Shown piece after piece: positions 1 through 8,766 of a stretch of DNA of 64,000 nt. The position numbers were made by a program, and so were the translations under genes. Origin of the DNA: Dehalococcoidia bacterium (lineage in GTDB: Bacteria; Chloroflexota; Dehalococcoidia; Lucifugimonadales; QGNO01); contig OZ220698.1 of NCBI GenBank assembly GCA_965116555.1, forward strand, positions 1,083,106-1,147,105. The letters run 5' to 3'. A model generated the notes under the pieces. The model worked only from the letters and a program-made list of their open reading frames with translations. It was not told the origin of the DNA and ran no database searches. How positions within the stretch are numbered: the stretch's first letter is position 1; every line of letters starts with the position of its first letter.

Positions 1-18
1 GCTAAAGGAGCGTGAATA

Positions 19-1059
19 GTGACTCCGGAAAAGATCAGGGTGGGAATAGTAGGCGCAGGCGGCAACGTTCGTATCCGCCACGCCCCCGGGTTCAAAGCCA
101 CAGAAGGAGTGGAGCTTGTCAGCGTGTGCAACCGCACCAGGGAGTCCAGCGAGCGCGCCGCCAAGGAGTTCGGCATATCCAAGGTATACGACAACTGGCT
201 GGACCTGGTGCAGGCAGACGACACGGACGCCATATGCATAGGCACCTGGCCCTACCTCCACGCCGCCATCACCATCGCCGCTCTAGAGTACGACAAACAC
301 GTCCTGACCGAAGCCCGCATGGCCATGAACGCCGAAGAGGCCCACGCCATGCTGGAGGCGTCGCGGGCGTCTCCGCACCTGGTCGCACAGATTGTGCCCG
401 CCCCTATGACCCTGAAGGTGGACCAGACCGTGCAGGAGATGATTTCCCAGGGCTATCTGGGCCCGGTGCTGGCCGTTGACATGAGAAACAACTCCTCCGC
501 TTTTCTGGATGCGGAGGCACCGCTTCACTGGCGCCAGAGCCGCGACCTGAGCGGCCTCAACATCATGATGATGGGCATCTGGTACGAGATGCTGATGCGC
601 TGGATAGGCCCCGCCACAAAGGTAATGGCCATGACCAACACCTTTGTCAAGCAGCGCCGCGATGCCGAGGGCCAACTCCACACAGTGGACGTCCCCGACC
701 ACGCCGACGTTATCTGCGAAATGGCCTGCGGCGCACGCGCTCAGATGCGGTTCAGCTCCGTGACCGGCCTTGCTCCGGCCAACGAGGTGTGGCTGTTTGG
801 CGCGGACGGCACAATCAAGCTGGACGCCGACAAGATGGAGCTTTACGCGGGCAAGCGCGGCGACAGCCAGCTATCCAAGGTAGAGATAGACCCCCAAAAG
901 CAGGGCGACTGGCGTGTGGAGGAGGAGTTCATCAACGCTATCAGGGGCATTGAGCAGGTGAAGTTGACCACCTTTGAGGATGGCGTGAAGTACATGGAGT
1001 TCACCGAAGCAGTAACTCGCAGCGCGCAAAGCGGCGAGGCCGTATCCTTACCCTTATAG
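19..1059 (+). CDS. Gfo/Idh/MocA family oxidoreductase
   Basis: N-terminal RVGIVGAGG Rossmann motif; 'HVLTEARMA' variant of the EKP motif; GTG start after AGGGAG. Confidence 0.88.
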   Translation: MTPEKIRVGIVGAGGNVRIRHAPGFKATEGVELVSVCNRTRESSERAAKEFGISKVYDNWLDLVQADDTDAICIGTWPYLHAAITIAALEYDKHVLTEARMAMNAEEAHAMLEASRASPHLVAQIVPAPMTLKVDQTVQEMISQGYLGPVLAVDMRNNSSAFLDAEAPLHWRQSRDLSGLNIMMMGIWYEMLMRWIGPATKVMAMTNTFVKQRRDAEGQLHTVDVPDHADVICEMACGARAQMRFSSVTGLAPANEVWLFGADGTIKLDADKMELYAGKRGDSQLSKVEIDPQKQGDWRVEEEFINAIRGIEQVKLTTFEDGVKYMEFTEAVTRSAQSGEAVSLPL

Positions 1060-1069
1060 GAGCAGGACC

Positions 1070-1444
1070 ATGGACGAGCAGACCAGAAACGCGCTCATCA
1101 ACGACTCCGTTATAGACATCACCACCCTGGGCCGCAGGTCCGGCCAGCAGCGACGCATAGAGATCTGGGCCCATTACCAGGACGACAAAGTGTACATCAC
1201 AGGAAGCCCGGGGAGGCGCGGTTGGTATGCCAACCTGCTGGCAAGCCCTGATTTCACCCTCCACATCAAGCAGAGCTTTCAAAGAGACATCCCGGCAAAG
1301 GCCACGCCAGTAATCGACGAGGCCCAGCGCCGAGCCGTGTTCAACGCCATGATGGAGTCCCTGCCCCGGTTGCAGAACCTGCGCGCCAACTTCGATCAAT
1401 GGCTGGAGGACAGCCCGCTGATAGAAGTGGGGTTGTCGGCCTAA
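1070..1444 (+). CDS. Deazaflavin (F420)-dependent nitroreductase-family protein (DUF385-like)
   Basis: ITTLGRRSGQQRRIEIW and WYANLLASP motifs; AGGAG RBS. Confidence 0.8.
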   Translation: MDEQTRNALINDSVIDITTLGRRSGQQRRIEIWAHYQDDKVYITGSPGRRGWYANLLASPDFTLHIKQSFQRDIPAKATPVIDEAQRRAVFNAMMESLPRLQNLRANFDQWLEDSPLIEVGLSA

Positions 1445-1458
1445 CCGCCCCACTCTCC

Positions 1459-1550
1459 CGTCATTCCCGCCTCCGAGCGGGAATCCACCCCCTACCCCTT
1501 CCACCGACCCCTACCCGCTCATGGTGAGCTTGTCGAACCATTTGAGCGGG
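1459..1550 (+). repeat. Palindromic intergenic repeats (GTCATTCCCGC...GCGGGAATCC and CCCGCTCATGGTGAGCTTGTCGAACCA...GAGCGGG)
   Basis: Hairpin units that recur many times across the window. Confidence 0.8.
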
Positions 1551-1601
1551 CATACTCGAACACCTCCACCATACCTCCCTGTGTGATATCCTCCAGCAGT
1601 C

Positions 1602-1790
1602 ATGTCTCAGAACCCTACTAGCCAGCCGGAACAGGAACTAGCGGACGCCATGCTGCAGCGGGCCGTCGCCCTTTGGGGCAACGACTACGCCGAGCAGTTG
1701 CTCCCACATATAGAGGAGATGGCCGGCCATCTCCACGCCCTCTCAACTGACCTCTCCGACAACGAAGTTGAGCCGGGATTCTTCCTCTAA
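1602..1790 (+). CDS. Small acidic protein, possible amidase partner subunit
   Basis: 62-aa ORF ending EPGFFL, 8 bp upstream of an amidase. Confidence 0.6.
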   Translation: MSQNPTSQPEQELADAMLQRAVALWGNDYAEQLLPHIEEMAGHLHALSTDLSDNEVEPGFFL

Positions 1791-1798
1791 TCGCGCCC

Positions 1799-3247
1799 AT
1801 GGAACCAAGAGACCTCGCCATAGCCCAAGCTTCTCAGGCCATCGCCGCTGGCAAGCTGTCCCCGCCTGAGCTGGTGGAATCCCTGTTGGAGCGCGTCAGG
1901 GATCTGGAGCCTTCGCTCAAAGCCTGGGTCACCCTCGACGAAGAGGCCGCCATGCGGTCGGCCAGAGCCGCCGAAACGGAGATCCATAGCTCCGGCCCCC
2001 GCAGCCCGTTGCACGGCATACCTATCGGCGTAAAGGACATCTACTACACCAAGGGCGTCCTCACCACGGCAGGCGCACCGCAGTACAACAATTTCGTTCC
2101 CGAATACGACGCAACCAGCGTGGCCAAGCTGAAGGACGCAGGCGCCATCATACTGGGCAAGGCGGTCACCACCCAGTTCGCCGATGGAGACCCCGCGCCT
2201 ACTTTCAATCCCTGGAACCTTGAGCATACGCCCGGCGGTTCCAGCAGCGGGTCGGCGGTGGCGGTTGCCACACGCATGTGTCCCGCAGCCCTCGGTTCTC
2301 AGACCGGCGGCTCCACTCTGCGACCCGCCGCATACAACGGCGTGGTCGGACTGAAACCAACCTACGGAAGGATCAGCCGCTATGGGGTCGTCCCCTTCGC
2401 CTGGTCGCTCGATACCGTGGGCATCATCGCCCGCACCGTGAACGATACCGCTCTGCTGCTTCAAGCTATGGCCGGACACGACCCCAACGATGCCAGCTCA
2501 TCCCTTGAACCCGTCGGAGACTACGTGAGCGGCTTGACCGCCCCAAACGACCCGCCGCGCATCGGCGTTATACGCCAGTTCTACTACGAAACCGCCAGCG
2601 AAGAGGTGGGCTGCCACACCGACGAGGTCATGCGAAACCTGGAGAAAGCGGGAGCCGCCGTGTCCGAAATCAAGCTACCAGACAGCTTCCACCTCCACGA
2701 GGCGGCGCGAAGCGTGGTCATAAACGTCGATGCGGCCGCTTTCCACCAGCGGATGTACAACCAAAACCCCGATGACTACGGCCTGTACCTGCGTCGCATA
2801 ATAGAGGTGGGCATGCTTGTCCCGGGAGCGCAATACCTGCAGGCGCAGCGCGTTCGAGCCAGGTTCCGCAGGGACGCTGAGGCCATGTTCAAGGACTGCG
2901 ACGTGCTGCTCACCCCTGCAACACCGACGGCGGCGCCAAGAGACCGCACCACCACGGGAGACCCTACCTTTCAGGCGGGATGGACTTCCGCTGGACTTCC
3001 CGCCGTAGCGATCCCCTCGGGGCTGGATGCCTCCGGCATGCCGCTCGGTGTCCAGCTGGTGGCGGCGCCGTTCGCCGAAGCCAAGCTGCTTGCCGCCGCC
3101 CACTGGTGCGAGTCGGCGCTTGGCGTGGAGTTGCGCCCGCCGGGTTTGGGCTACCGCCCACGCAGTTCGGGTATCGGCGCATCAGGGCACACAGACACAG
3201 CGAGCAAAGCGAGTGACATACGGCCGGAGCCTCGTTCTTGGCGCTAG
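1799..3247 (+). CDS. Amidase signature family protein
   Basis: LHGIPIGVKD, PGGSSSGS and GSQTGGSTLRPAA (Lys-Ser-Ser triad). Confidence 0.92.
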   Translation: MEPRDLAIAQASQAIAAGKLSPPELVESLLERVRDLEPSLKAWVTLDEEAAMRSARAAETEIHSSGPRSPLHGIPIGVKDIYYTKGVLTTAGAPQYNNFVPEYDATSVAKLKDAGAIILGKAVTTQFADGDPAPTFNPWNLEHTPGGSSSGSAVAVATRMCPAALGSQTGGSTLRPAAYNGVVGLKPTYGRISRYGVVPFAWSLDTVGIIARTVNDTALLLQAMAGHDPNDASSSLEPVGDYVSGLTAPNDPPRIGVIRQFYYETASEEVGCHTDEVMRNLEKAGAAVSEIKLPDSFHLHEAARSVVINVDAAAFHQRMYNQNPDDYGLYLRRIIEVGMLVPGAQYLQAQRVRARFRRDAEAMFKDCDVLLTPATPTAAPRDRTTTGDPTFQAGWTSAGLPAVAIPSGLDASGMPLGVQLVAAPFAEAKLLAAAHWCESALGVELRPPGLGYRPRSSGIGASGHTDTASKASDIRPEPRSWR

Positions 3248-3270
3248 TCCATCCAAAATCGCCAGAACCC

Positions 3271-3675
3271 CTACCCTAACCGCGACTCGTGCTCCTTCTT
3301 GATGCAGAGGTCCATGACCACGGGAATCCCCGCCGCCTTGGCCTTTTCCGCCGCCTCCTCGTTCACAATCCCCTCTTGCATCCAGACGTACGCCGCTCCC
3401 GCCTCTATGGCATCCTCCACCACCGGCATGACGTCGCTGGGCCGGCGAAAAACGTCCACCACGTCGATGCTCTCCGGAACTGACTTGAGATCGGGGTAAC
3501 TCTTCTCTCCCAGCACCTCTTCTACCGCTGGATTGACGGGAACAATCCGGTATCCTGCGTCTTTGAGGTATTCGGCAACCTGGTAGCTGGGCCTATCCGG
3601 CCTGGGCGAAAGGCCTACCACGGCAATCGTCTTCTGCGCCAGGATTTCCTCTATCAAACCGTCCACGTCGCTCAT
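3271..3675 (-). CDS. CoA-binding protein (YccU-like)
   Basis: TIAVVGLSPRPDRPS, VDVFRR, VWMQEGI, VVMDLCIK; start moved to MSDVDG. Confidence 0.9.
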   Translation of the reverse strand: MSDVDGLIEEILAQKTIAVVGLSPRPDRPSYQVAEYLKDAGYRIVPVNPAVEEVLGEKSYPDLKSVPESIDVVDVFRRPSDVMPVVEDAIEAGAAYVWMQEGIVNEEAAEKAKAAGIPVVMDLCIKKEHESRLG

Positions 3676-3796
3676 AGCCGGATTGTACCCTACGAAGCCG
3701 TGGCTGTCAGTCTGCCCGCCCACATCCCTCCGCCCGCTTGCCCGCCTGCCCCTGCCACTGCTAGAATCCTCCTACAACTAGCGCATGGGGGTTCTC

Positions 3797-4591
3797 ATGG
3801 CAATCAGTACGCTTCCTTCTTCTCCGGCTGCATTGCGCCACATCATCCGCAATGGCGAATACGACACCGTAACGGCGGGACTGGCGCCCGGCTACGTCCA
3901 AGCCAACCTCGTCATCCTGCCACAGGCCCAGGCTTTCGACTTCCTGCTCTTCTGCCAGCGCAACCCCAAGCCCTGTCCTCTCATAGAAGTCGTGGAGGCC
4001 GGCAGCGTCGAGCCCTCCATTACCGCACCCGGCGCAGACATCCGCACCGACCTGCCAAAGTACCGCGTCTACAGGGACGGCGTGCTGGAGCAGGAAACGG
4101 AGAACGTTCTGGACGTCTGGCGAGACGACCTCGTCTCTTTCCTCATCGGCTGCAGCTTCACCTTCGAGACGGCGCTGCTGGCGGCTGGGATCTCCATGCG
4201 GCACATAGAAGAGAACAGCAACGTCTCCATGTACATCACCAACATGCCAACGGTGCCCGCCGGACAGTTCTCCGGCCCCACCGTGGTGTCCATGCGACCC
4301 ATTGGCCGGGAAAAGGTGGTGAAGGCCGTGCAGGTGACTTCCCGATTCCCCAACACCCACGGCGCGCCTCTGCACGTCGGTGACCCGGAATCGATAGGCA
4401 TCGATGACATCCAGAAGCCGGACTACGGGGACGTTGTGCCCTTCAAACCGGGCGAGATACCCGTTTTCTGGGCTTGCGGCGTTACTCCTCAGGCCGTGGC
4501 TATGGAGTCCAAGCCGCCATTCATGATTACCCACTCGCCGGGGCACATGTTCATCACGGACGTCCGCGACGAAGACCTGGCAGTTCTCTGA
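3797..4591 (+). CDS. DUF1445 putative hydro-lyase (D-glutamate cyclase N-terminal-like, YcsI-like)
   Basis: QANLVILP, FCQRNPKPCP, GCSFTFE, FWACGVTPQ, THSPGHMFITD. Confidence 0.9.
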   Translation: MAISTLPSSPAALRHIIRNGEYDTVTAGLAPGYVQANLVILPQAQAFDFLLFCQRNPKPCPLIEVVEAGSVEPSITAPGADIRTDLPKYRVYRDGVLEQETENVLDVWRDDLVSFLIGCSFTFETALLAAGISMRHIEENSNVSMYITNMPTVPAGQFSGPTVVSMRPIGREKVVKAVQVTSRFPNTHGAPLHVGDPESIGIDDIQKPDYGDVVPFKPGEIPVFWACGVTPQAVAMESKPPFMITHSPGHMFITDVRDEDLAVL

Positions 4592-4628
4592 TTAGATAAT
4601 CCTGTACTCGCAAATTGGGAGGGCAACC

Positions 4629-5480
4629 GTGTCCGCTATAGAAGACATCATCCTTGACCGTGACCAGAGGGGCATATCCAAGCTGCGTGGGCACCTCCCT
4701 GAAGACTACTGCGAAGACGCCGCTCAGCTCATCTTGAGCAATCCGGGACGCGCCTTCGTCATCAGCGGTTTCTTCATAGTCGGGGCCATGGCCTCGGAGA
4801 CCGACGGCCCTCCCGGCGCTTACTTCATCGGCAAAGCGCTGCAAAAGCTGGGCTACGATGTCACCCACATTACCGACGAGTTCAGCTCGTCTCTCTACAA
4901 CTGCATTTCAGACGTGGGCGAAGTCGTTGAATTCCCCGTTACGGACGAAGACTCCAGCCGGAAGTTTGCCAGTGAGCTCCTCGGCGACCTGAAGCCTTCG
5001 GTTGTCATCTCCACCGAACGCTGCGGCGTGACCCAGAAGGGCGAATATCTGAACATGCGTGGCGTAGACATCTCGCAGTACAACGCCCGTGCCGACTACC
5101 TTGTGCTCGACCACAACGCCACCGTCGGCATAGGAGACGGCGGCAACGAGATAGGCATGGGCAAGCTTGCCGAGCAGATCCCCACCATCGATACCCTGCC
5201 CAAGCAGCCCACCATAGTCCCCACCGACAAGCTCATCCTGGCCAGCGTCTCCAACTGGGGCGCTTCCGGACTCATAGCAGGCCTCTCTCTGCAGGCGAAA
5301 CAGAATCTGCTGCCCTCGCCGGAGGAAGAAGAAGAGGTCATCAAGCAGATGGTCGACATCGGCGCAGTGGACGGATTCAAAGTCGAACGCACCTACGCCG
5401 TGGACGGCTTCCCCCTGGAGGAGAACCGTAAAACGCTGGAACGCCTCCACGATTACTTGAAGCAGCAGGGCGTCTCCTAG
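4629..5480 (+). CDS. DUF4392 glutamate-cyclase-domain protein
   Basis: ETDGPPGA, YLNMRGVDIS, GIGDGGNEIGMG, SVSNWGA. Confidence 0.88.
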   Translation: MSAIEDIILDRDQRGISKLRGHLPEDYCEDAAQLILSNPGRAFVISGFFIVGAMASETDGPPGAYFIGKALQKLGYDVTHITDEFSSSLYNCISDVGEVVEFPVTDEDSSRKFASELLGDLKPSVVISTERCGVTQKGEYLNMRGVDISQYNARADYLVLDHNATVGIGDGGNEIGMGKLAEQIPTIDTLPKQPTIVPTDKLILASVSNWGASGLIAGLSLQAKQNLLPSPEEEEEVIKQMVDIGAVDGFKVERTYAVDGFPLEENRKTLERLHDYLKQQGVS

Positions 5481-5594
5481 CACCACTCTCGCCATCTATG
5501 CGCCCCGTCCTATTGTGCACGGCCCGCACCCCCTTACCGTCTTGCCCGCGCAGGCGGGCATCTAGGGGCGGAGGGAGTCTTGGGCGTTCCCTGC

Positions 5595-6002
5595 CTATCT
5601 ACTTTCGAACGGATTTACATAGCCAACACCAAGGTCTTCAAAGTCGTCCACGTTTCTGGTGACCACCGTCAATCTATGAACCATGGCTGTCGCCGCTATC
5701 ATAGCGTCTTCAGTTATGGCGCCTGATCTCCCGTGCATCAGTCGCGCCCACTCCCTGAAAGCGAACGCATCCATTGGCAGTATGCCGTAGGAAGCCAGGA
5801 CCTTGTCCAGCCACGCTTCCAACTCCTCAGCCTTGGCTTCATCCTGATCACGAGTGATCTCGATTCCTGACTGTATCTCGCCAACCGTAACCGCAGACAC
5901 AAAGAGCTGCTCCGCCGGAACGTCCGCAATCCAATCCAGAACTGCGCCATGCGGACGGGGCCGACGCAGCTCCGAAACCACGTTGGTGTCCAAGAGGTAC
6001 AT
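5595..6002 (-). CDS. vapC: Type II toxin, VapC/PIN domain
   Basis: MYLLDTNVVSE, DAMIAATA, VTRNVDDF. Confidence 0.92.
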   Translation of the reverse strand: MYLLDTNVVSELRRPRPHGAVLDWIADVPAEQLFVSAVTVGEIQSGIEITRDQDEAKAEELEAWLDKVLASYGILPMDAFAFREWARLMHGRSGAITEDAMIAATAMVHRLTVVTRNVDDFEDLGVGYVNPFESR

Positions 6003-6005
6003 AGG

Positions 6006-6266
6006 CTACTCCATTACTACGGGTGGGCGGCGGCGCTGCTGCTGGCGCGGCGCCGCAAGGGTCTCCGTTCGTGCCCCAGGAGCAAGCAGCAACTCTTTTA
6101 GATCCGGTCTCGTCATCCGCTCTAACCTCCGCCACTGCTCAATGGGAAGGAGCACGGCGGCTTCCACACCTCGCTTGGTTACAATCTGCGGCCCCTCCGC
6201 TAGCGTCGTGTCCAGAAGCTCGCTGAATCTCGATTTGGCATCCTGAACCGGCCATCTCTTGCTCAC
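6006..6266 (-). CDS. Type II antitoxin, Phd/YefM family
   Basis: WPVQDAKSRFSELL...GPQIVTKRG; directly upstream of the PIN toxin. Confidence 0.9.
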   Translation of the reverse strand: MSKRWPVQDAKSRFSELLDTTLAEGPQIVTKRGVEAAVLLPIEQWRRLERMTRPDLKELLLAPGARTETLAAPRQQQRRRPPVVME

Positions 6267-6302
6267 GGTTAACCTCTTTATCCATTGTGCTGACTAGCCA
6301 TC

Positions 6303-6331
6303 AGACTAGGTTAAATCAACATTAGTGTCAA
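6303..6331 (-). promoter_or_regulatory. Sigma70-type promoter of the TA operon
   Basis: TTGACA-17 bp-TAGTCT on the minus strand; adjacent GACTAG repeats may be the autoregulatory operator. Confidence 0.6.
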
Positions 6332-6385
6332 GGTAGAACGCGCCTACGCCGTGGACGGATGTCCCATGAAAGAGAACCGCAAAAC
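6328..6385 (+). repeat. Diverged direct copy of the 3' part of the DUF4392 gene (5376-5433)
   Basis: tcaaggtagaacgcgcctacgccgtggacggatgtcccatgaaagagaaccgcaaaac vs tcaaagtcgaacgcacctacgccgtggacggcttccccctggaggagaaccgtaaaac. Confidence 0.85.
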
Positions 6386-6494
6386 CTGAGGCTGATTGAC
6401 ATGGTGGGCGCCCCATCCCCCCTTGCGGCCTCGTATAATGGAAGTGGCGGCTTGTGATAGAGAAGCCCAATCATGCTGTAATTGGGGGGTCCTC

Positions 6495-7664
6495 ATGCGC
6501 GTAGCACTTGTTTCTGGACTCATTGCTTTCGTAGTACTCGTGGCAGGAGGAGTAGGCTTTCTGCTCCTGGAACTGAATAACACCAATGCCAAATTGCTGG
6601 CAGCCAACAAGAAGATAGATACGGTTAGCGCTGAAGCTCGCACAGAGATAGAAGGCTTGGAGAATTACATCACTGAACTACTGGACACTATTGATGAAGC
6701 GGTAGATGCCAACGCTGCATACGCTAAGAGTAATGAGGAATTGCAGGCTGCTCTGTCCGGTACCCAGGCCAACTACGATAGTGCCGTTGCTCTTACCATC
6801 GACTTGGAGAACCGGCTGACTGCCGCTGAGGGCGAAGTTAGTAGTCTCAATACACAAGTAGCTGAGCGTGATACAAGAATTGACGGCTTCGTCAGCGACA
6901 TTATTACGCTCAATGCACAAGTAGCTGAGCGTACCACAAGAATCGCCGGCTTAGTCAACGACAACAGTAGGCTGAGGACGGATTATCAGGCACTGGTAGA
7001 TGCGGGAGGTGATCTAGAGCAGGTTAGAGCCATGGAGGAAGCCAGCCAAAAAAGGGCAGATGAACTGGAGATAGAAATAAAAGAGCTCCAGGAACAGCGC
7101 AAACCTTTGATACTGACGCCTGGAGGTGTGGCTACCAGTGGATTTCTATGTACTGGAAGCATGTATCCGGCTATCACTTGTATGGATAGGGGCACTTGGC
7201 TTGAAGAGTTCAATCCTGAGGATATCGTAGTAGGCGCCACGATTAGTTTTAGTCCCAACTGCTGGGAAGAAGAGCCAGATGACATATCCACAGCTCACAG
7301 GGTTAAGGAGATCAGGGTGGAGGATGGTACCTACTACTTCTGGCCGCGGGGAGATGCCAACAGGGAGGATGATGGATGCTGGGTGCATCAGGACAATGTG
7401 GAAGGCTATCTCATTGAACTAGAGAAGGATGTGGTGCCGGAGAATGCTTATCTACAAAGCCAAGTCAGAGCTTCACGGGTAGCTTACGATAACCTCTGGT
7501 CGAGACACTGCGGTCATGTTGATCCATCTGGAACATGCTATCTGTCAGGATATATCTACGACATTGTTCGGGATGCTCTAAACCTCTATAACTGCTGGCT
7601 TGGGAACGCTAGAGAATCGAAGTATCCCGGGCATATTCCAAACCACTGTAGGCCAGTCCAATGA
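6495..7664 (+). CDS. Membrane-anchored coiled-coil protein with C-terminal S26/S24 peptidase-like domain
   Basis: N-terminal TM helix, long heptad region with a 63-bp internal tandem repeat, then TGSMYPAI...AHRV...RGDAN; lower GC than flanks. Confidence 0.65.
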   Translation: MRVALVSGLIAFVVLVAGGVGFLLLELNNTNAKLLAANKKIDTVSAEARTEIEGLENYITELLDTIDEAVDANAAYAKSNEELQAALSGTQANYDSAVALTIDLENRLTAAEGEVSSLNTQVAERDTRIDGFVSDIITLNAQVAERTTRIAGLVNDNSRLRTDYQALVDAGGDLEQVRAMEEASQKRADELEIEIKELQEQRKPLILTPGGVATSGFLCTGSMYPAITCMDRGTWLEEFNPEDIVVGATISFSPNCWEEEPDDISTAHRVKEIRVEDGTYYFWPRGDANREDDGCWVHQDNVEGYLIELEKDVVPENAYLQSQVRASRVAYDNLWSRHCGHVDPSGTCYLSGYIYDIVRDALNLYNCWLGNARESKYPGHIPNHCRPVQ

Positions 7665-7798
7665 AGCAGCCGGAGCCTAGCCCTGGCGCAATGGGTCTTG
7701 ACGTATTGTCACAGGCAATGGCTGCTAGGCTTGCGGAGTTCCTGGTTCCTTTGGAAGATGAGCCGCTGTAGTTTGAAACAAAGCCCCCTCAACCAGCA

Positions 7799-8642
7799 GG
7801 TAGTGTCTCAGTTTCAGGAGGGTAGCCATGGAAGTAAAGGTTCCGGAAAAGAAGGTCTGCATTCTCGGGGCGACCGGCTGTATCGGCTTCGAGGTGACCG
7901 TTCACCTGTTGAAAGCCGGATGCGGTGTGCTCGCCGTGGTGCGTGACACCAACAAGTTCCGACGAATGCTCAGCGCGCAGGGAATAGACGATCTTGAGGG
8001 ATTGTCCGTTGTCGAACTGGACCTATTTGCTGAAAAGGCCGTCGCCGACCCATCTGTGGCGCAGGAGATGATGGCTTGCGACTACATCTTCAACGTCGCC
8101 TCCAAGCCTGTCTCTTGGGTTCCCTGGTCCCGGGCCAATCGCGAATGGGGTGGTGTCGTTTCATCGTTGACGAGAGAGATTGTGGAGATTGCTTCCCAGG
8201 ACGGAAGGAAGCCACACATCGTTGCCTTTTGTGGGACAGAGTATTTTGTGGGGTATGACGCCAATGTCAGCTTTCTCCAACAGGTGTTGCCGAAGGTGCT
8301 GAACAAGATGAGCGCGGCGCTGCACGACAATCACGACGAGGCGATGCTTCTTCTGACGTCGGGGTACGGACGGTGGAGCGTGTTCCGCTGCGGCAGCATC
8401 CGGCCGAGTTCTGGGCAACCGGGCGACGCCGGCCGGATTGGGATGGATTTGCACAAAGACGGCAGCGACTATCGACGTGGGAAGGGGAAGGCGTTGGTTG
8501 TTGAAGACCTTGCTGCGTATCTCACCAACACAATCCAGAGTGGAGCATTCTCAGGATTTGAGGGGGAGATGCCGTTTCTGTTCAATACGCGCTTCTAAGG
8601 GCTTCTGCGTGTAAATTTGTTTCCTGAAACTGAGACGCTACG
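7799..8642. mobile_element. Non-autonomous insertion cassette with 21-bp TIRs and an 8-bp target duplication, carrying one passenger gene
   Basis: Left ggtagtgtctcagtttcagga, right tcctgaaactgagacgctacg (19/21 match); AACCAGCA at 7791-7798 and 8643-8650. Confidence 0.88.
7828..8598 (+). CDS. NAD(P)H-binding protein (atypical SDR, biliverdin reductase B-like)
   Basis: CILGATGCIG Rossmann motif and LAVVRD; GGAGGG RBS partly supplied by the left TIR. Confidence 0.75.
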   Translation: MEVKVPEKKVCILGATGCIGFEVTVHLLKAGCGVLAVVRDTNKFRRMLSAQGIDDLEGLSVVELDLFAEKAVADPSVAQEMMACDYIFNVASKPVSWVPWSRANREWGGVVSSLTREIVEIASQDGRKPHIVAFCGTEYFVGYDANVSFLQQVLPKVLNKMSAALHDNHDEAMLLLTSGYGRWSVFRCGSIRPSSGQPGDAGRIGMDLHKDGSDYRRGKGKALVVEDLAAYLTNTIQSGAFSGFEGEMPFLFNTRF

Positions 8643-8766
8643 AACCAGCACAAACTTTTGACACTGAGGCAAGCTCAATGCTAGCATTCAAACGGAGTTT
8701 GCCGTCCACCCTGTGAACCAGGTAGTTGAAGCAAAGCCGGCGCTCTGAACAGCGAAAGAGAGGCCG

